Assembly: GCA_902593795.1 (NCBI GenBank) | Contig: CACJJR010000001.1 | Coordinates: forward strand, 131,230 to 195,229 | Reading direction: 5' to 3' | Origin: an uncultured Candidatus Actinomarina sp. | Lineage (GTDB): Bacteria; Actinomycetota; Acidimicrobiia; Actinomarinales; Actinomarinaceae | DNA length: 64,000 nucleotides | Part shown: one piece after another, positions 61,575 to 64,000 of the stretch | Layout: each line of letters begins with the position of its first letter | Position numbering within the stretch: the first letter of the stretch is position 1 | Translations under genes and position numbers: made by a program | The notes under the pieces: generated by a model | The model's database searches: none | What the model saw: the letters and a program-made list of their open reading frames with translations, nothing else | What the model was told of the DNA's origin: nothing

Positions 61575-63443
61575 TTAATTCAAATTATCTTTGTGCCAAT
61601 TAATGATATGGTCAAATCTTTGTTTTCTGTGATTTGGCGTTCCAGATCTAGAAAGCTCATGACTTTCACCAGGAAATCTAAGCATTGCTGTTTTCACACT
61701 TCTTCTTTTAAGGTTGGAAAATAACTGTTCTGCTTGCTCTACTGGGCATCTGTAGTCTTCTTGTGAGTGAATAATTAGTGTCGGAGTTTTTATATTTGAT
61801 GCGTATGTAATAGGACTTTTTTTTCTGTATAAATTAATATTTTTTTCCATATCATCAAGTAAATACATTTCAGGAAAACCTATTCCTATGTCTGACGTAC
61901 CAACCATAGTCTCCCAATTTAAAAGCGCTCTTTCAACTATCGCAGATTTGAACATATTCGGATTATGACTAATGACCCAAGAGGTCATAAAACCTCCATA
62001 CGAGCCACCCATAATTCCATCATTTCTATTTGTAATGCCCATTAATTTTTTCATACTTTTAAATGAAGTAAGAACATCATGTAAGTCTGTCATCCCCCAT
62101 TTGTTACCACAGACATCTCTTAAGAAATCATGACCTCTACCACTAGAACCTCTGGGGTTACAAGCAATAACATTAAAACCTGCAGAAGCATATGTTTGAA
62201 ACTCATCAAAAAATGTAAAACCGTATTGGCTTGCGGGCCCACCATGAATATTCAAGATTGTTGGTTTATCTTTACCCACAAAAATTCCCCACGTATCTAT
62301 TTTTGATTTTCCTGTATCAATTCTTCTATACTCACAATCCCATGTCTTAACCTTTTTGTTAAAAAATTCATTAGCTTTGGACGTTTTTTCAAGTTGACCA
62401 TTATTTAGTTCATAGACTTCGTCAGGCTTTGAGAATGAGTTGGCTATCACATAGATTTTATCATTGTTAAAGGCAAAATCTTTAACCGTAACTTCTGCAT
62501 CAATTAAATCAATGTTATTTGTTCCATCACGGAGCAAAGTTTTTCCAGAGTCTTCATATAAAAAATAGAGTATAGAATCACTAACCTCTGCTTTTACAAC
62601 ATTTCTATCAAACGTACGATGTCTAAATGTAACTTTTCCATTGCTTGAAAGTTTTAAAACAGCCGTGTTTGTCGGCCAGTCAAACCTATTTCTTAAACCT
62701 ACTGCGTGAAGCTCACCTTCATAATAGAAAAGATTACCCATGCTTCCTTTTGAATGAACTTCATTAATCTTTTTGGCTTCTAATGAGCCAACTTTCTCTT
62801 CTAACATGGTCCCCTTAGAGTTGTACTTTTCATAAGAGAAAACAACACCCTTATCACTTTCAACCAAGGACCCGATTGAAATAATATGGTTTTTATCTCC
62901 GTCTACTATTTTATTAAATTTACTTGTTCCAAGATTAACCTTATAGACGTGACCTCTTTTGTTATAGATTATTCCTCTAGTATCAAAACGAAATGGAAGA
63001 TTTTCATAATACATTGGCTCAGAATCTTTATTTTCTATATTTTTAAATTCTTCACTAAATTCACTTGAAGTTACGTATATAAATTTTCCATCAGCACTTA
63101 ATAAGTAATTACTTATACTCCCATCAATCTCAAAAACTTTATTTACAGATCTTCCTGCTTGCATATATATAGAAGATAAAGTTTTTTTTGATTTACTTTT
63201 GTCTTGTACAGTTCTATTTGTTTTAATATAAAAAATAGTATTTTCTTTATCTCCAAATTTTGGATTACTAAAGTTACTGTCCCCTGATTTAAACTTCTTC
63301 CATTCACCGTTGCTTCTTTTCCACAACTCACTGATGTATGTATTTGTATCAAAGTCCATGCGAGTACTTTGTACAACTAAATTTTTACCTTTACCAACTA
63401 AATTAGATAATGTATTAAAGGAATTTAAGTTTTCAGATTTCAT
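61575..63443 (-). CDS. S9 family serine peptidase (prolyl oligopeptidase/acylaminoacyl-peptidase-like)
   Basis: 622 aa. It has an N-terminal beta-propeller-like region and a C-terminal alpha/beta hydrolase with GGSYGGFMT and late D and H (GESHEL). Confidence 0.85.
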   Translation of the reverse strand: MKSENLNSFNTLSNLVGKGKNLVVQSTRMDFDTNTYISELWKRSNGEWKKFKSGDSNFSNPKFGDKENTIFYIKTNRTVQDKSKSKKTLSSIYMQAGRSVNKVFEIDGSISNYLLSADGKFIYVTSSEFSEEFKNIENKDSEPMYYENLPFRFDTRGIIYNKRGHVYKVNLGTSKFNKIVDGDKNHIISIGSLVESDKGVVFSYEKYNSKGTMLEEKVGSLEAKKINEVHSKGSMGNLFYYEGELHAVGLRNRFDWPTNTAVLKLSSNGKVTFRHRTFDRNVVKAEVSDSILYFLYEDSGKTLLRDGTNNIDLIDAEVTVKDFAFNNDKIYVIANSFSKPDEVYELNNGQLEKTSKANEFFNKKVKTWDCEYRRIDTGKSKIDTWGIFVGKDKPTILNIHGGPASQYGFTFFDEFQTYASAGFNVIACNPRGSSGRGHDFLRDVCGNKWGMTDLHDVLTSFKSMKKLMGITNRNDGIMGGSYGGFMTSWVISHNPNMFKSAIVERALLNWETMVGTSDIGIGFPEMYLLDDMEKNINLYRKKSPITYASNIKTPTLIIHSQEDYRCPVEQAEQLFSNLKRRSVKTAMLRFPGESHELSRSGTPNHRKQRFDHIINWHKDNLN

Positions 63444-63458
63444 ATATTAAAACATATT

Positions 63459-64000
63459 CTATTTACTTAAACTATCAGCGACAAGTGTAATTAGTGCTGA
63501 TGAAAATAAAGCTATAGCAAAAGTATTTAGATCAGCTAAACCATAAAGGTCTGTCGGTATAAAAATACCTCCAGGGTTTTCACTTAGATTTATAAATAGA
63601 TATCTATAGATATAAACGGAAATAAGTGATCCGACGAATGGAATAATAAGTAAAGCATCCTTACTAGATTTTTTCAGCCTATAGAAAGCTGGAAAAACAA
63701 GACAAGTAGCAAACAGATCAGCCACTAAAAATACATTAAAAATACTTGTTACTTCAAGTGAAATTATTAAAGCAGTACAAACAACTAGTAACGTTATTAA
63801 TTTAGCTTCTTCTGATTTTTTCTTAATGATGTCAACGGAAATAGTTGAAGCTATTGCATTTTCAAGAGTATCAATGCTCGATGTTACAAGTAGGGTGGCT
63901 AAAGAAACTAGTAAAATAATCGTAAAATTATTTAATTCAAGCTGGTCAATAAAGCTTAATGAAGGCGTTTCAAGACCTTTTCCTGCTCCAACTGCACCGC
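63459..64000 (-). CDS. 3' part of a polytopic transporter gene (possibly sodium:solute symporter family), running off the right edge
   Basis: The reading frame stays open upstream of the Met given in the ORF track, all the way to 64000 (GAVGAGKGLETPSLSFIDQ...TLENAIASTISVDII...). It is hydrophobic. The family call is tentative. Confidence 0.5.
   Translation of the reverse strand, partial: GAVGAGKGLETPSLSFIDQLELNNFTIILLVSLATLLVTSSIDTLENAIASTISVDIIKKKSEEAKLITLLVVCTALIISLEVTSIFNVFLVADLFATCLVFPAFYRLKKSSKDALLIIPFVGSLISVYIYRYLFINLSENPGGIFIPTDLYGLADLNTFAIALFSSALITLVADSLSK

Noticed and set aside
61542-61580. A 12-codon ORF, MMCPECGCEDES, overlapping the PPOX stop and the S9 peptidase stop.
   Set aside because: It is too short and has no independent signals. 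The CPxCG pattern is suggestive but cannot be distinguished from chance here.

Overview
This is an AT-rich, very compact bacterial chromosome segment centred on the replication origin. Leftward on the minus strand lie dnaA, dnaN, a DUF721/DciA-like gene, gyrB, gyrA and a DUF3566-like gene. Rightward on the plus strand lie rpmH, rnpA, yidD, yidC, jag, rsmG, parA and parB, followed by a cwlM-like gene, trxB, a NUDIX gene and cca. This is the classic actinobacterial origin-region synteny, so I infer a genome-streamlined, low-GC, probably marine actinobacterium. The taxon is inference only. Gene orientation flips at about 31.5 kb, consistent with oriC in the 272-bp rpmH/dnaA spacer. I saw no rRNA, tRNA, CRISPR array, transposase, integrase or phage genes. 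Spacers are tiny, and several convergent gene pairs abut within 0-3 nt, so the few long spacers stand out and most carry recognisable signals. These signals are a cobalamin riboswitch before a BtuF-like binding protein, a Trp-codon leader peptide plus intrinsic terminator before a stand-alone trpB2, paired ARG boxes on an apparently leaderless argR, a Zur-type palindrome between zur and znuABC, a duplicated ~150-nt structured element upstream of two BNR-repeat lipoprotein genes, and an operator/RNA-structure cluster before an SRPBCC gene. There are two candidates for undescribed systems. (1) At 12.4-18.7 kb, a MacB/FtsX-type ABC exporter with a peptidoglycan-binding adaptor is bracketed by four paralogous, very acidic lipoproteins, each built from two copies of a Cys-pair repeat. 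(2) At 57.3-60.9 kb, one terminator-closed operon holds four paralogous polytopic membrane proteins interleaved with two paralogous tandem ferredoxin-fold (ABM-like) proteins. Other oddities are a Lys/Pro/Ala-rich tail on the N-terminus of GyrA, no recF between dnaN and the DciA-like gene, no trxA next to trxB, and a frameshifted 2H phosphoesterase. All functional calls rest on motifs read by eye and on synteny. No database search was run.
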